This document shows positions 26,299 to 27,410 of a DNA stretch of 27,410 nucleotides, piece after piece. The position numbers were made by a program, and so were the translations under genes. Each line of letters begins with the position of its first letter. The stretch's first letter is position 1. Source of the stretch: a virus (Duplodnaviria > Caudoviricetes); the IMG/VR virus record IMGVR_UViG_3300030095_005103, positions 1 through 27,410 of that record; one strand, given 5' to 3'. The notes under the pieces are model-generated. The model saw nothing but the letters and a program-made list of their open reading frames with translations. It made no database searches and was not told where the DNA came from.

Positions 26299-26445
26299 TT
26301 ACTCAGACTTAGCAGCCTTTTTTCTAGTGGTCTTCGCACGAGGCTTGGCGGACGCCTTCTTCTTTGCGGGAGCCTTGGCAGGTGCTTTGGGGGCACTTGC
26401 CGATCGGTTCTGCCTTCTATCTAAACTTACTTTTAAAAAATTCAT
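26299..26445 (-). CDS. Small Lys/Ala/Pro-rich, histone H1-like basic protein (48 aa)
   Basis: Below the ORF-track cutoff. MNFLKVSLDRRQNRSASAPKAPAKAPAKKKASAKPRAKTTRKKAAKSE*; AGGA upstream; fills the gap between the upstream gene and the terminator. Confidence 0.75.
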   Translation of the reverse strand: MNFLKVSLDRRQNRSASAPKAPAKAPAKKKASAKPRAKTTRKKAAKSE

Positions 26446-26463
26446 TTTAATTTATCCTATATA

Positions 26464-27039
26464 TCAAACAGTTGAGTACGCGATTGCGGCGTTTCCAGTG
26501 CCAAGAGGCTCGGCAGTAATTTCAAAGTACCACTCACCGGCAGCCACACAAGTAAATATGGCTCTGGAACCGATACCCCAAGCTGAGTTAGTACCAGCGC
26601 CAGTAATAACAATACGATTATTGGCATCTGCTGGGCGGTCGGGTGCTAGAACTCTACTTGAGCTATAGCCCAACGCGAATGAGTTAGTGCAAAAAGTGTT
26701 GCCGGTGTTGGCGTTGATGGTAAGCACACCGCTGGCAACCAAGTCAGCACCCTGAATAATTTCAATCTGCACGCCAACGTCTGCTGCTAGCATATTTGTT
26801 GGTAAGTTTAGGGTCTTTGCTGCGCCATCAAGCAAACAAACAAATCTCTTTCCGTGGTCCGCTCTGACAAAGTTAACTGTGGCGGTGTCGTCCGCTAGGT
26901 TAGCACCGGCGGTTGTGTGCTGAGTTGCAAGCCTGCTCTGAGCCAAACCAGTAAGACTGGCACCATCCATAGCCAGTTCTCTCTTTAGATTTTCAAACAA
27001 GGTCTCAATTCTGCCGAGACCAATTCTTCTACTTCCCAT
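26464..27039 (-). CDS. Probable virion structural protein (capsid decoration/fibre-like)
   Basis: 191 aa, Gly/Ala/Thr-rich and beta-strand-like; strong SD AAGGAG; directly after the major capsid gene. Function inferred from position only. Confidence 0.6.
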   Translation of the reverse strand: MGSRRIGLGRIETLFENLKRELAMDGASLTGLAQSRLATQHTTAGANLADDTATVNFVRADHGKRFVCLLDGAAKTLNLPTNMLAADVGVQIEIIQGADLVASGVLTINANTGNTFCTNSFALGYSSSRVLAPDRPADANNRIVITGAGTNSAWGIGSRAIFTCVAAGEWYFEITAEPLGTGNAAIAYSTV

Positions 27040-27071
27040 AATATTTTCTCCTTTATGATTATATTATTGCA

Positions 27072-27169
27072 ATAACTTGTCCTATCCAATGAATTATTAC
27101 CAGCCACCTCGGTAATAAAACTTTCTAAGGGCAGTGGCCTCGCCCAGAGGAGAATATTTCAAGTTGTTG
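27072..27169 (-). ncRNA. Candidate structured RNA: three-way junction with two complementary loops
   Basis: AACTTG..TCC(T)/(A)GGACAAGTT closing stem; hairpins GGGC-gaggccact-GCCC and TTATTACC-gaggtggct-GGTAATAA; starts just after a late promoter motif. Confidence 0.6.
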
Positions 27170-27177
27170 TAAATAGT
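27170..27177 (-). promoter_or_regulatory. Putative late promoter (ACTATTTA)
   Basis: Immediately after the capsid gene terminator. Confidence 0.7.
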
Positions 27178-27183
27178 ATCTCT

Positions 27184-27215
27184 AAAAGCAAAAACCCCCT
27201 ACCGAAGTAGGGGGC
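27184..27215 (-). terminator. Rho-independent terminator with cUUCGg tetraloop after the major capsid gene
   Basis: CCCCCTAC-ttcg-GTAGGGGG followed by TTTTTGCTTTT. Confidence 0.92.
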
Positions 27216-27241
27216 GTAGGTTGAGTAAGTTGTCTTACTTA

Positions 27242-27410
27242 TCAGGAAGTAGCGCCAGACTCGCCAAGGAGACCACGAACGATGACTAGACCGTACATAT
27301 CTGGGCGAACCATCTTCTTCGCGTAGCGGGTCATAACACCCTTGCGCGGCACGAAGTCTTCAGGTCCGAAGATTGTGGGAGTAGTCTGTAGTGGCACGTA
27401 AGGTGCGTAG
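27242..27410 (-). CDS. Major capsid protein (T4 gp23-like), C-terminal fragment
   Basis: Manual translation YAPYVPLQTTPTIFGPEDFVPRKGVMTRYAKKMVRPDMYGLVIVRGLLGESGATS* (TGA TAA) matches the gp23-family C-terminal YxPYVPL...F.P..G..TRY pattern. Confidence 0.9.
   Translation of the reverse strand, partial: YAPYVPLQTTPTIFGPEDFVPRKGVMTRYAKKMVRPDMYGLVIVRGLLGESGATS

Noticed and set aside
210-26668. All plus-strand ORFs and short alternative-frame minus-strand ORFs in the track (e.g. 2521-2952, 17489-17989, 18323-18838, 26264-26668)
   Set aside because: They are shadows of well-supported minus-strand genes, lack recognisable motifs, and the region is uniformly minus-strand coded.
27072-27169. tRNA or purine riboswitch identity for the structured RNA
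   Set aside because: No T-loop/anticodon cloverleaf, and the purine-riboswitch junction consensus is absent.
1-27410. Stop-codon reassignment as in some large phages
   Set aside because: TAA, TAG and TGA all end genes at sensible positions, and coding density is high under the standard code.

Overview
The window is a slice of a large, apparently lytic T4-like myophage genome, with every supported gene on the minus strand and the standard genetic code. In transcription order it runs: 3' end of a gp23-like major capsid gene, a probable capsid accessory gene preceded by a highly structured ~100-nt leader RNA, an unannotated 48-aa histone-H1-like basic protein, then neck/tail completion, tail sheath, tail tube, tail assembly chaperone, tape measure and baseplate genes. 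A replication block follows: compact PolA, degenerate tubulin/FtsZ-like protein, gp32-like SSB, RecA/UvsX, 5'-3' exonuclease, gp41/DnaB helicase and class II ribonucleotide reductase NrdJ (truncated at the left edge). Two promoter classes are visible: sigma70-like TTGACN-16/17-TANNNT before replication genes and (A/C)CTA(T/C/A)TTA before structural genes. The most notable observations are (1) a three-way-junction RNA with two mutually complementary 9-nt loops just downstream of the capsid gene, (2) a probable +1/-2 programmed frameshift at GAC-TTT-TTT-T-GGC in the tail chaperone gene, (3) a late-promoter-driven cassette inside the replication block encoding modular proteins with repeated IIxEEY...E motifs and an internal nested start, and (4) a translationally coupled mini-PolA plus motif-degenerate tubulin pair. 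All protein calls come from motif recognition and synteny; no database search was run.
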